From the IMG/VR virus record IMGVR_UViG_3300027838_000028, positions 1 through 29,795 of that record: a stretch of DNA of 29,795 bases; one strand, given 5' to 3'. This stretch comes from a virus (Duplodnaviria; Caudoviricetes). The position numbers and the translations under genes are program-made. The notes beneath the pieces were generated by a model. The model was given only the letters and a program-made list of their open reading frames with translations. It was not told the origin of the DNA and did not search any database. Of the stretch, positions 7,544-16,077 are shown one piece after another. Position 1 is the first letter of the stretch. Every line of letters starts with the position of its first letter.

Positions 7544-8261
7544 CAAGGTCAAAAAACAGGGCAGCGAAGCGATGGCCAGCCTAAAAAAGTGGGTTCGGCG
7601 AGACGGACGGCTAACCGCCTGGGTGGCGGACGTGGCTGCCTGGATTGCGGACATGCGCAAGACCCAGGCGAATCTAAAGGCGGACAACGAACGGCTAGAG
7701 AAGGCAGCCGAGGCGGCACGGTCGCGGAACGATGCAACGTCGGCCAAGTTGGACGAAGCGAACGAGAGGGCGGCAAGTTTACAAAACGAGTTGACCAATC
7801 TACAGGGATTGTATGCGACCGCGATGAAGTACAATGACAACCTCATAAAGATAGTGGAAGATCCGGCCGACATTGATACCGAGGGCATGGACTTGCCGGC
7901 GAAGATGATTGACGAGGCGGGTTACAAAACTATCCTTAAATCGCTTATGCGAGCGTACCCAAAGCCGCCATCGCCAACGGGGTCGCTTCCGAGTAAAAAG
8001 ACCGTGATGTTCAACGCGGTTGACTTGGTGCAAGATCCGGGGTCTTTCGCCCTCTTAGGTCAGTTTGTGGTCGCGGTGACGATTGCGGGGATGACGGTCG
8101 GGTTTTTCTCGACCGCCAAACTTACAGATACCGCGTCTATGGAGTTGCAGCTAAAATACACGCGATGGACGCGGGGCTGGGTGGAGAAACGGGCAGAATG
8201 GCAGGAAGCGGTTTATGCGGCTATGCCACTGTATAAGGGCATCAATACAAAGAGTAACTAA
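7536..8261 (+). CDS. Hypothetical coiled-coil protein
   Basis: Heptad-rich N-terminal half; overlaps the upstream stop. Confidence 0.7.
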   Translation: MASKVKKQGSEAMASLKKWVRRDGRLTAWVADVAAWIADMRKTQANLKADNERLEKAAEAARSRNDATSAKLDEANERAASLQNELTNLQGLYATAMKYNDNLIKIVEDPADIDTEGMDLPAKMIDEAGYKTILKSLMRAYPKPPSPTGSLPSKKTVMFNAVDLVQDPGSFALLGQFVVAVTIAGMTVGFFSTAKLTDTASMELQLKYTRWTRGWVEKRAEWQEAVYAAMPLYKGINTKSN

Positions 8262-8362
8262 CAAGGACGGCCACCAGAAGGATCTGGGCCAGAACGAAGA
8301 TGGATCGACCCGCTTTAGCAAGACGCGGCGGCGGGTACTTTTTCTCGAAGGGAAAAAACACG

Positions 8363-8680
8363 ATGACGCTTTTAGAACTGCTTAACAAGTGTGTCGCAGC
8401 CGCAGACGAGACGTTTGGCGAGGGGTCGAACTACGTCACGGCTACGATCGAGATTCGATCATCGAACGGCGAGCCGGTAGTGGTCGCCGACGTGGGCATT
8501 TACGGCAACAAGCCGAACCCGAAAAACTACGCCGGCCCGACGCCCGAGGCCGTGCTCGCCGAGTACCTGAAGGGGATCGGCTATCAGGCGCACAAGTCGG
8601 AGGTCGACATCGAAGCCGTGACCAAATCCGCTACGGATCTAGCCGAGGGCCAGCCATGTACGGCGGAATCAAGCGACTGA
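8363..8680 (+). CDS. Hypothetical protein
   Basis: AAGGGA SD before ATG 8363. Confidence 0.65.
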   Translation: MTLLELLNKCVAAADETFGEGSNYVTATIEIRSSNGEPVVVADVGIYGNKPNPKNYAGPTPEAVLAEYLKGIGYQAHKSEVDIEAVTKSATDLAEGQPCTAESSD

Positions 8681-8835
8681 ACCAGGGCCACGGCCTAACG
8701 TGCGAGTGCGATCTGTGCCGCACGACCGGCCCGTGCCCATTGCCGTCGAAGCGTGCCGCGCTGCCGGCGTTTATTCCAGAGCGGCCGACAGGCAACCGCT
8801 ATGCGTGCCTGGGGCCACCAGAGAGGAACAAATGA
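8656..8835 (+). CDS. Small Cys-rich hypothetical protein
   Basis: HGLTCECDLC; ATGA-coupled to the next ORF. Confidence 0.45.
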   Translation: MYGGIKRLNQGHGLTCECDLCRTTGPCPLPSKRAALPAFIPERPTGNRYACLGPPERNK

Positions 8836-8993
8836 GCAAAGGCGATCCCGATCACGGATACTGTATGGTGTGTTACGAAATGCAGGCAGATTGTATCTGC
8901 GGCATACACATCGACAGCGGCGACGGTGGCGACGAAGCCCGCGACCGGGCCAAGGACGAAGCGGCGGAGGGCGACGATGGATCTGAGCTATAA
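8832..8993 (+). CDS. Small Cys-rich acidic hypothetical protein
   Basis: CMVC...CIC; GAGG SD. Confidence 0.55.
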   Translation: MSKGDPDHGYCMVCYEMQADCICGIHIDSGDGGDEARDRAKDEAAEGDDGSEL

Positions 8994-9204
8994 GAGCAAG
9001 GACGACGACGCACCGGACGCGGCCGACTGTGCCAACCCGGATTGCGATAATCGGCTCATTCTCTGCTCGCGAAAACGATCAGAATGGCGGAGAGGAAAGC
9101 GGAATTTTTGCTGTTGCCGCAAGTGTGTTGCGGTGCTACGTTATGGACCGAAAACGAAAGGACAAACCGATGGAACGGACAAAAATAGTACAGCCCCAGA
9201 CTGA
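8977..9204 (+). CDS. Small Zn-binding-like hypothetical protein
   Basis: CANPDC...NFCCCRKC; GGAGG SD. Confidence 0.55.
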   Translation: MDLSYKSKDDDAPDAADCANPDCDNRLILCSRKRSEWRRGKRNFCCCRKCVAVLRYGPKTKGQTDGTDKNSTAPD

Positions 9205-10048
9205 GGCTGAATGGCTGGCGATCCGCAAGGGCTACGCCGGCAGTTCTGAAACGGCCGCGATTCTCGGCCACTCTAATTGGCAAAGCCCGTGGGCTGTATG
9301 GGCTCACAAGACGGGCCGCATGGAGGATCAGTTTGCGCCTAACGACATGGCGGAGTGGGGCCACCGACTAGAGCCGGTGATCGCCGAGAAGTTCGTCGAA
9401 GTGACCGGCCGCAAGATCCTCGACCCAGGCGACTACCATATCGAGACGCGGGGCATATTTCTCGCGACGATCGACCGGGACCAGTTCACCAAAGAGCGGC
9501 CCAGGCGGGGCGTCCTCGAACTGAAGTCAGCCTATTATGACTCGTTCACGCAATGGGAAACCCAGGTGCCTATTCCGTACCAGATCCAGTACCAGCAGCA
9601 ACTCTACGCGACCGGCTGTGACTGGGGCTCTATCGCCGTGTTAGGCAACGGCTGCTCTTGGAAATACTTTGACATAGAACGCGACGAGAAATTTATCGCT
9701 CGCATGGTCGAGGTAGTTTCGGAGTGGTGGGACAAGCACGTCGTCGGCGACACGCCTCCGCCGGCAGACGGCCACAAGAGCACCGGGCGGGCCATCGCAG
9801 CGGTCTACCCAGAGCCGAAAGAGGAAACCGTCGATCTGGTCGGCGAGGCGTTACAGGCGGCCCACGAGCGACGTGAGGCCCTAGCCGTGCAGATCGGGGA
9901 GTTAGAGGAGAAACGCGACGAATCGACGAATCTAATCAAGGCAGCGATCGGAGACGCCCAGGTAGGCCGACTGGCCGATGGAACGGGCTACACTTACAAG
10001 GCCACGAAAAAGGCCCGCACGTTACGAAGGACCAAGAAAAATGTCTAA
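9170..10048 (+). CDS. YqaJ-family (lambda-exonuclease-like) viral recombinase/exonuclease
   Basis: EWLAIRKGYAGSSETAAILG, WGHRLEP, LATID, VLELKS and YQIQYQQQL motifs. Confidence 0.92.
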   Translation: MERTKIVQPQTEAEWLAIRKGYAGSSETAAILGHSNWQSPWAVWAHKTGRMEDQFAPNDMAEWGHRLEPVIAEKFVEVTGRKILDPGDYHIETRGIFLATIDRDQFTKERPRRGVLELKSAYYDSFTQWETQVPIPYQIQYQQQLYATGCDWGSIAVLGNGCSWKYFDIERDEKFIARMVEVVSEWWDKHVVGDTPPPADGHKSTGRAIAAVYPEPKEETVDLVGEALQAAHERREALAVQIGELEEKRDESTNLIKAAIGDAQVGRLADGTGYTYKATKKARTLRRTKKNV

Positions 10049-10841
10049 GGCACTAACCGAATACATCGAAACAGTGGGCGAACACGACCCGGCCACGGCT
10101 CTACAGATCGCCACAACGGAACTGGCGGCGATGGAAGCCCAGGCGGACATGGACCGGATAGCAGCCCGCGAAAACGCAATGGTGACGTTCTCACCCGAGG
10201 GCCGGCTATTGACGGCGAATCTCGGCGGCATCCAGCGGCTAGCGTCCATGTACGCCGGTTCGACGCTGGTGCCGGACCACTTTCGCAAGCAGATTGCCAA
10301 TTGCGCCATCGCGGTTCAATTCGCGTTACGAAGCGGCACGGACCCGATGACGATCATGCAGGGGATGTATATCGTCCACGGCAAGCCGGGCCTAGAGTCG
10401 AAGCTGGCTATTGCTCTACTCAACGCCTCGGGTGCGATCAAGGGCAGGATGGACTTCAAGCTAGACGCCAAGGTGTCGAAATGCGAGGCGTTTGTCACGG
10501 ACGCCCAGACGGGCAAGACGTACAGCCAAACGGTGACGCTGGCGATGGCCGAGGCGGAGAAGTGGACGAAGAACACGAAATGGTCGACTATGACGGCCCT
10601 AATGCTCCAATATCGTTCGGCCATGTTCCTGATCCGCATGTACTATCCTGAGGTACTTTTCGGTATGCAGACGGCCGAGGAACTGAGCGACATTAAGGCG
10701 GCCGAGACGTTCACCGCTGGCGACACCGTAGCGGCCCAAGGTAGCACCCTAAGCACGCTGCTCGACGAACCATCGCCGGAAGCGGAGCCAGAACCAGAGC
10801 CCGAGTACGACAAGGCTGGGGCCGAGTTGCCGGGATTTTAG
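10041..10841 (+). CDS. RecT/Bet-like single-strand annealing protein
   Basis: Directly after YqaJ; LVPDHF...NCAIA...DPMTIMQGMYIVHGKP...MLQYRSAMFLIRMYYPEVLFGMQTAEEL; acidic tail. Confidence 0.8.
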   Translation: MSKALTEYIETVGEHDPATALQIATTELAAMEAQADMDRIAARENAMVTFSPEGRLLTANLGGIQRLASMYAGSTLVPDHFRKQIANCAIAVQFALRSGTDPMTIMQGMYIVHGKPGLESKLAIALLNASGAIKGRMDFKLDAKVSKCEAFVTDAQTGKTYSQTVTLAMAEAEKWTKNTKWSTMTALMLQYRSAMFLIRMYYPEVLFGMQTAEELSDIKAAETFTAGDTVAAQGSTLSTLLDEPSPEAEPEPEPEYDKAGAELPGF

Positions 10842-10849
10842 AGACAGCA

Positions 10850-11090
10850 GTATTGCGGCGATTGTTTCGCCGTGACCCCGGCCCGTTTGTACCAACCGGC
10901 GGGCCGGGGGTGAAACATGCGGCGTGTCGTGATTGTTTCTCGGCACTCTGACCCGCCGGCCTGTTCTGTTCCTTGCTCTCACTCGGAAGGGGCAGGCCGG
11001 TATTTAAGCACGCGGCCGGTGGCGATCGGTCGTGGTCGTGTCCGGTCCTGGGGGCTTGTCCTTTCCACCCAGGATCGGCGCGGCATTTAT
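10850..11090 (+). ncRNA. Putative structured non-coding RNA (about six tandem GC-rich hairpins with pyrimidine-rich loops)
   Basis: Stems include ccccggcccg/cgggccgggg (10876-10909), ccggcctgttc/gggcaggccgg (10956-11000) and ccggtcctggg/cccaggatcgg (11042-11078); G-U pairs indicate the plus strand. Confidence 0.55.
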
Positions 11091-11104
11091 CACGGAGGAA
11101 CACT

Positions 11105-11623
11105 ATGCAATTTATCGACAACCAAGGCCGGGCCCTGATCGGCGAGCCCAACTATCGAGACGCCTTACCGGGCCGTGCTAGCAACTTCCCGCAGATCCCG
11201 CCGAGCAGCGACGGCGAGGCCATGAACGTGTTTCGGACATCGCCACAAGCGGCCTTCTGCTGGTCGTGCGGCCGGGCCGGATTCGGTATCCACCTTGAGC
11301 TTCACCACATTGTAGGCGGAGTAGGCCGGCGATCGGACAAGCCGTGCAATTTCTCGACATTGTGCGGGGGATTCACGGAGGACGCCTGCCATCCCCGTAT
11401 ATCGTCGATCGGCCTGGGCCTTATGCTCGCGCGTAAGTGGCTATTCGACCCGGATGGGGCCGACTGGCGGGCTCTAAGCATAATAAAAGGATCGTTCCTC
11501 CCAGACCCAGTAGTTGGCGACATAGAGGCCGTTTTAGACCGACTCGAAAAGTGGCTGCCGGCGTCTCACTTCCGGCATATCTCCGGGCGGGCCGCCGAGG
11601 TCGTCGGGGAGGCCCAGGCATGA
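11105..11623 (+). CDS. HNH-like Zn-binding nuclease-fold protein
   Basis: CWSCG...HLELHHIVGG...NFSTLC...CH; GGAGG SD. Confidence 0.7.
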   Translation: MQFIDNQGRALIGEPNYRDALPGRASNFPQIPPSSDGEAMNVFRTSPQAAFCWSCGRAGFGIHLELHHIVGGVGRRSDKPCNFSTLCGGFTEDACHPRISSIGLGLMLARKWLFDPDGADWRALSIIKGSFLPDPVVGDIEAVLDRLEKWLPASHFRHISGRAAEVVGEAQA

Positions 11624-11733
11624 TGGCGTTTCTCTACCTCGTGGCGCTGGCGTGGCTGATCTGGATCGCCGTGTCCCATATCCCGGTCGCCCTACTCGGC
11701 ATCTTTCGGCATATTCGGAGGCGGCGGCGATGA
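11620..11733 (+). CDS. Small membrane protein
   Basis: Hydrophobic stretch followed by an RRRRR tail; ATGA-coupled on both sides. Confidence 0.55.
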   Translation: MMAFLYLVALAWLIWIAVSHIPVALLGIFRHIRRRRR

Positions 11734-12086
11734 GCCAGAGCATGATCGACTTCAACCCACCGACGCCCCCACCGCTGCCAGAACGGTTTGCGGCTTTCCT
11801 GGCCTTCCACCGGGATAATCCCAACGTGTTCGAGTTGTTCGTCCGGTTCGCAAAAGAGGCGGCGGCGGCCCGAGCCAAGTTCGGTGCCCACATGATCGGT
11901 GAGAGAATCCGCTGGTACGTCAACGTGGAAACCAGCAGCGACGACGGGATGAAGCTAAACGACCATCATTTACCGTATTATTCTCGGCTGGCGATGGGCC
12001 GGCACCCAGAGCTAGACGGGCTGTTCGAGGTTCGAGACGCCCGATTCGATACCGATGTAGAAACCCTATGCAGGCTGGCGGAGTGA
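11730..12086 (+). CDS. Conserved phage hypothetical protein
   Basis: FLAFHRDNPNVFELF...ERIRW...KLNDHHLPYYSRL...LFEVR pattern recognised from phage proteins. Confidence 0.75.
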   Translation: MSQSMIDFNPPTPPPLPERFAAFLAFHRDNPNVFELFVRFAKEAAAARAKFGAHMIGERIRWYVNVETSSDDGMKLNDHHLPYYSRLAMGRHPELDGLFEVRDARFDTDVETLCRLAE

Positions 12087-12088
12087 CC

Positions 12089-12116
12089 TTGACACGAAAG
12101 CGCCGATTGTCAGAAT
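12089..12116 (+). promoter_or_regulatory. Putative sigma70-type promoter for the replication module
   Basis: TTGACA (12089-12094), 16 nt, CAGAAT (12111-12116). Confidence 0.55.
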
Positions 12117-12123
12117 GATAAGA

Positions 12124-12152
12124 ACCCGGTGGGAACAGCACCGGGTATTTTT
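12124..12152 (+). terminator. Terminator/attenuator-like hairpin in the replication-gene leader
   Basis: acccggtg/caccgggt 8-bp stem followed by ATTTTT. Confidence 0.5.
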
Positions 12153-12268
12153 GCGGAGCCCGCTGCCAGGCGGCTCCGCGACAGCAACCACCTGAAAGCG
12201 CAGGCTGTTGCGTCTACGGCTGATTCTAGCCGGGTCGCCTCCTGCCGTAAACTGCAAGGACGTGACCG

Positions 12269-12991
12269 ATGGGCACCGGATGGATTCAGATCCGAACCGA
12301 CTTGTGGAACGATCCGCGTGTCGAGATGCTGGCCGACGCTCTGAAGCGGCGCAACGCCGAAATCATTGGGGCCCTCTTTCGCCTATGGTCGCTCGGCGAT
12401 ATTTACACAATCGACGGAGTTTTGCCTGGCTTTTCCGCCAAAAAGTTAGACAAAATGGTGCAAATTCGCGGCTTTTCTGCCGCATTATTGAGCGAAAAGA
12501 TCGGCTGGTTAGAGGAAAAAGACGGGGCAATTATGATTCCAAATTTCGACGAAAAGAACGGGGACTCCGCAAAAACAAGGCTTAAAGCGTCCGAGCGGCA
12601 ACGCAAGGGCCGGTCCAGTGTCACGAAACTGTCACAAAAAAAGTGTGACAAAGCCGTGACCAGAGAAGAGAAGAGAAGAGAAGAGAAGAAAAGGGAAACC
12701 CCCTTACCCCCTTCAACTTCGACTTTACTCGGAGGGATCACAGAGCCAGAGCGGACGCATCTGCTCAGGTGGTGGAACTTCCGAGAGTCGACCAACCCGC
12801 TAGCCCCAGCGTCTTTCGATGTCCAGGTCATGGAGGCGCTCCGCTGGACGACGGCAGAGATTCCCGTGGCGGTCAATAATGCGATCGCCGGCAACTGGTC
12901 TAAGCTGTTCCGGCCGAAGCCGGGCGACATGCTGGCCGGAGAAGATCCCCCGAAAGCAATCCGAATCGAAGGAGAGGCACCCCCGCTATGA
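12269..12991 (+). CDS. Phage replication initiator (replisome-organizer-like)
   Basis: N-terminal WIQIRTDLWNDPRV...IIGALFRLWS, NFDEKNG...ERQRK, REEKRREE linker; internal iteron-like repeats. Confidence 0.8.
   Translation: MGTGWIQIRTDLWNDPRVEMLADALKRRNAEIIGALFRLWSLGDIYTIDGVLPGFSAKKLDKMVQIRGFSAALLSEKIGWLEEKDGAIMIPNFDEKNGDSAKTRLKASERQRKGRSSVTKLSQKKCDKAVTREEKRREEKKRETPLPPSTSTLLGGITEPERTHLLRWWNFRESTNPLAPASFDVQVMEALRWTTAEIPVAVNNAIAGNWSKLFRPKPGDMLAGEDPPKAIRIEGEAPPL
12619..12690. other. Putative replication origin within the initiator gene
   Basis: GTCAC at 12620 and 12631, GTGAC at 12645 and 12656 (11-bp spacing, inverted around an A7 tract), then (GAGAA)5. Confidence 0.6.
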
Positions 12992-13635
12992 ACACCGGAC
13001 AATTCAACCAATGGCTCGATTATCACGAAGCGTCATTTCCTGGGACCAAAGCCAAGCTCAATCAGGGCGGCGAGGATGCCCACTGGGCCTGGGCCAAGTC
13101 GCTGGACGACGTTGATCTAGTGTCGGCGAAAAAGGCCACAGACGCGATGCTACGCGGCGACGTGATCGGCCGGGTGTATCACTCGGACATCCCCAAGACG
13201 ATCAGGCAGACGGCCGCCCAGTTCCAGGCCCGAGAGCATTGCATTGTGCAGCCGGCCCAGGGCCAAGTCCGGCAATGCACGGTCGACGAAAACGGCTATC
13301 GGCACTACACCGACAACTGCACGGCTTGCCGCGACAGCGGGCTCCGAGAGGTCTGGTGCCCCTCGGCGATCAATGCCATGCGGGCCGGCGAGTTCGCCGA
13401 AAACCGCCGAGCGTGGCGCACAGAGTCCGTGCGGTGCTCATGCGGGGCCGGTGCTGAGTGGAAATTGACCCGGGCCGAGTTCGACGCGACGATCATGTGC
13501 GAAGTCATCAACGGGAGCCACAGAGAGGACGACCACGCCCGGCTGCGGGCCTTTGTGGACGACAAGGCAGAGACGGACCCGTTTAATCTGAGCGGGCACA
13601 CGTACCCAGGAGCAAGCACAGGGGCAACGACATGA
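12988..13635 (+). CDS. Helicase loader/inhibitor-like replication protein with Zn-binding motif
   Basis: Follows the initiator; N-terminal WAKSLDDVD... resembles G39P-like domains; CTACRDSG...CSC. Confidence 0.5.
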   Translation: MNTGQFNQWLDYHEASFPGTKAKLNQGGEDAHWAWAKSLDDVDLVSAKKATDAMLRGDVIGRVYHSDIPKTIRQTAAQFQAREHCIVQPAQGQVRQCTVDENGYRHYTDNCTACRDSGLREVWCPSAINAMRAGEFAENRRAWRTESVRCSCGAGAEWKLTRAEFDATIMCEVINGSHREDDHARLRAFVDDKAETDPFNLSGHTYPGASTGATT

Positions 13636-14027
13636 AACTAACCATCACCATCCCGCTCCCACCGCGACTGTTGCAGCCCAACCGGATGCAGGGCAAGCAC
13701 TGGGCACCGATCGGCCGGGCGAAGGAAAAGGCGCGGACCGACGCGGGCCTAGCGACGATTGCGGCCATGCGAGAAGCCGGAATTGTCGGCAAACCGAAAT
13801 GGGAGCCGGTTCGCGTACAGGCCGCGTTTACGTTGCGGACAGCACAGCGCCGAGACGACGACAGCCTACTCGGTTGGCTCAAGGCAAGTTTTGACGGGAT
13901 AGTTGATTCGGGGCTGACTGGCGACGATTCGGAGTACCTGCACGACGACCCGACCGTGACGCTTGGCACGCCGGAGTTGGTTGTTATCACAGTGAAGGAA
14001 CCCACGAGCACGAAGGGCGGTGACTGA
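13632..14027 (+). CDS. RusA-like Holliday junction resolvase/endodeoxyribonuclease
   Basis: ITIPLPP...PN, RRDDDSLLGWLKASFDGIVDSGLTGDD. Confidence 0.8.
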   Translation: MKLTITIPLPPRLLQPNRMQGKHWAPIGRAKEKARTDAGLATIAAMREAGIVGKPKWEPVRVQAAFTLRTAQRRDDDSLLGWLKASFDGIVDSGLTGDDSEYLHDDPTVTLGTPELVVITVKEPTSTKGGD

Positions 14028-14446
14028 TGACCCATCCCTGCGACCCACCGACCGAAGAACAAGCCGAGATTGAGCGACTGACTAACTGCGTGGCTGCCGA
14101 CGCGATATTGATTTGTGACCTGGACCGTCGTATTGCTCGTTTGGAAAAGGAGCGAGACGACCTAGTTGCCGGCCTAACGGCTGCCGAGTCTGTCATCGCT
14201 GACCAGATTGGCGAGGTCGAGCGGTTGACGCAAGGGCAAGCGATGGAACACAATCTGCGGCGAGCGAGTCCCAAGGGTGTGATTGACGGCCAGTGGCGGT
14301 GCGTTGATTGCGGGCTAACAGGGACGATGGGCGAGGTGCTGCTTGCACGCTGTATCGAGCCTGAGTTTATTGACTTCAGGGAGCGGTTAATCGACGCAAT
14401 TGAAGGTGACCCCCCGACCCCGAAAGGCGGTGACGACGATGAGTGA
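14027..14446 (+). CDS. Hypothetical protein (coiled coil + CVDC)
   Basis: TGATG coupling to the upstream gene. Confidence 0.65.
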   Translation: MTHPCDPPTEEQAEIERLTNCVAADAILICDLDRRIARLEKERDDLVAGLTAAESVIADQIGEVERLTQGQAMEHNLRRASPKGVIDGQWRCVDCGLTGTMGEVLLARCIEPEFIDFRERLIDAIEGDPPTPKGGDDDE

Positions 14447-14759
14447 CACAAGAAACGAAAGCGCAGCAGACCGGGCAACGGCAAGGGCCGACGCTGCGGA
14501 AGGAGAACGCAACCAACTACGCGACGACCTGAAAAACGCAAGGGGTTTGCACGAACAGGCGGTGTCCGACCGCGACGACTACCGGGCGAAGCTGCAAGAG
14601 TTGCGGGACAGCGCCAATGACCTGCGTGGCGTCGGCAACAAGCCCCATTTCATCAGGATATGCAGCGAGATTGTCGGGAGGCTTGGCGCCCACGCTTCCC
14701 TTGCCAACCGCTTATGCCCGCCCGAGCAAACACCCGAGAAAATTACTGGCGGAAGCTAA
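14439..14759 (+). CDS. Hypothetical coiled-coil protein (possibly frameshifted, continuing to 14877)
   Basis: Coupled start; the +1 frame continues plausibly to 14877. Confidence 0.6.
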   Translation: MSDTRNESAADRATARADAAEGERNQLRDDLKNARGLHEQAVSDRDDYRAKLQELRDSANDLRGVGNKPHFIRICSEIVGRLGAHASLANRLCPPEQTPEKITGGS

Positions 14760-14873
14760 GGCTGACGCACTGCGGCGACTCACGGAATACGAGCTAGAGC
14801 GAACAGACATGGGCGGGGCGGTTCGTAATTTAATCAAAGCAATGGAGCGTGTTGAAGCGGAGGACAAGAAACC

Positions 14874-15164
14874 ATGAGCGACGACCAACTAATTCGCGAT
14901 GCGTGCCGGTGTATTGGGCAACCGTTCTATCTGCTCAACATAAACCGCGACCGCTTCACCGTTGCGGCGATGGACTGGTTGACGAAGCACGGTGGCGTGA
15001 TGGTGATAATGGACGGGACCAACGTCATCGTCAACGTCGGGCGGATTCTATGGCAAACCGGAAATGGCGGCGGTCAGTGGAATGAGTCGCACAAACATTC
15101 AATCGACGAAAGCACGCTCATCGAAGCCCTAGCCCGTGCGGTTCTCGCTAGCAAGGGCGACTGA
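14874..15164 (+). CDS. Hypothetical protein
   Basis: GGAGG SD; ATGA overlap. Confidence 0.65.
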   Translation: MSDDQLIRDACRCIGQPFYLLNINRDRFTVAAMDWLTKHGGVMVIMDGTNVIVNVGRILWQTGNGGGQWNESHKHSIDESTLIEALARAVLASKGD

Positions 15165-15230
15165 TCGGCCTAGACGCCTGGGGCGAGAGTCCGTAGAGTA
15201 CGGCTTTCCCCACCGCATGGAGGCGATCGG

Positions 15231-15425
15231 ATGCTGATTATCACACGGAAGCAAGGCCAAGCCGTACACGTCCAGCTAGACGGCGGCCCCAGGATCACGC
15301 TGCACTATCTAGGCATCCACGGGAATCGGGCCAAAATAGGCATCGACGCCCCCAAGGATCACGACATTTGGCGGGATGAGATTGACAGAAGCCCAGCGGG
15401 GGAGGATAATCCCCAGGAGTCATAG
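15231..15425 (+). CDS. csrA: Carbon storage regulator CsrA/RsmA-family RNA-binding protein
   Basis: MLIITRKQGQAV...GNRAKIGIDAPKDHDIWRDEI signature, 64 aa. Confidence 0.9.
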   Translation: MLIITRKQGQAVHVQLDGGPRITLHYLGIHGNRAKIGIDAPKDHDIWRDEIDRSPAGEDNPQES

Positions 15426-15489
15426 CCCGCGCGTGGAGCCGGCTTTTACGGATGGACACCAGCAGATTCTAGCCCCTTCGGCTGCTGTG

Positions 15490-16077
15490 ATGTCCCCGAT
15501 CACTGAGTACAACCCAGGCGATATGGTCGTTTTTGCCGGCCGCTGCTGGACTTCTCGACTGATTGCCCTTGGGTCGTGTACGCCGATCCAACTCTTGCGC
15601 GGCTGGTTCGATAGCCACATAGGCATCTGCGCCGAGTATCAGGGCAAAACTCTGCTATTCGAGTCGACGACCCTCTCAGGGCTCCCCTGTGCGATCACAG
15701 GCGACCGAATCCACGGCACCAAGGCGGTCGACCCAGCCGAGCGAGTTGGCGGCTACGACGGCAAGGTGTGGATTCTCCGGCCGGACAAGTTCAAGCTCGG
15801 GATCGAACAGAGCGAGAAACTTACTGATTTTCTCGTTTCGATGGTGCCGACGCCCTACGAAGATATGAGCACGCTGGCCGTCTCTGCGACCAGATTCCGA
15901 AACCATTGGCTGTTTCGAGAGAACACAAATAAGCTGTTCTGTAGCGAATATGCCGCTCTGGCGCTCGAACGAATCAACTGGCTTCCCCCTGGAAACGCCT
16001 CGATTTACTCGCCCAGCAAGCTAGTGCGCCGTGTGGTGTATCAGGGGACGTACCACCGAAGGGAACGAATCAAATGA
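15490..16077 (+). CDS. Permuted papain-like amidase (YiiX/YebB, NlpC/P60 superfamily)
   Basis: PGDMVVF, SHIGI (His) and LFCSEY (Cys) in permuted order; start uncertain. Confidence 0.8.
   Translation: MSPITEYNPGDMVVFAGRCWTSRLIALGSCTPIQLLRGWFDSHIGICAEYQGKTLLFESTTLSGLPCAITGDRIHGTKAVDPAERVGGYDGKVWILRPDKFKLGIEQSEKLTDFLVSMVPTPYEDMSTLAVSATRFRNHWLFRENTNKLFCSEYAALALERINWLPPGNASIYSPSKLVRRVVYQGTYHRRERIK

Noticed and set aside
10850-11090. tRNA gene or CsrB-like GGA-loop sponge on the minus strand
   Set aside because: No cloverleaf or T-loop is visible; G-U pairs favour the plus strand, where loops are pyrimidine-rich rather than GGA
12662-12690. (GAGAA)n as a phase-variable microsatellite
   Set aside because: It encodes the REEKRREE linker common in phage initiators and the frame is intact
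14010-14445. Similar gene ends gaagggcggtgac and gaaaggcggtgac (KGGD)
   Set aside because: Too short and explained by embedded SD sequences for coupled genes; only weakly supports the junction-duplication theme
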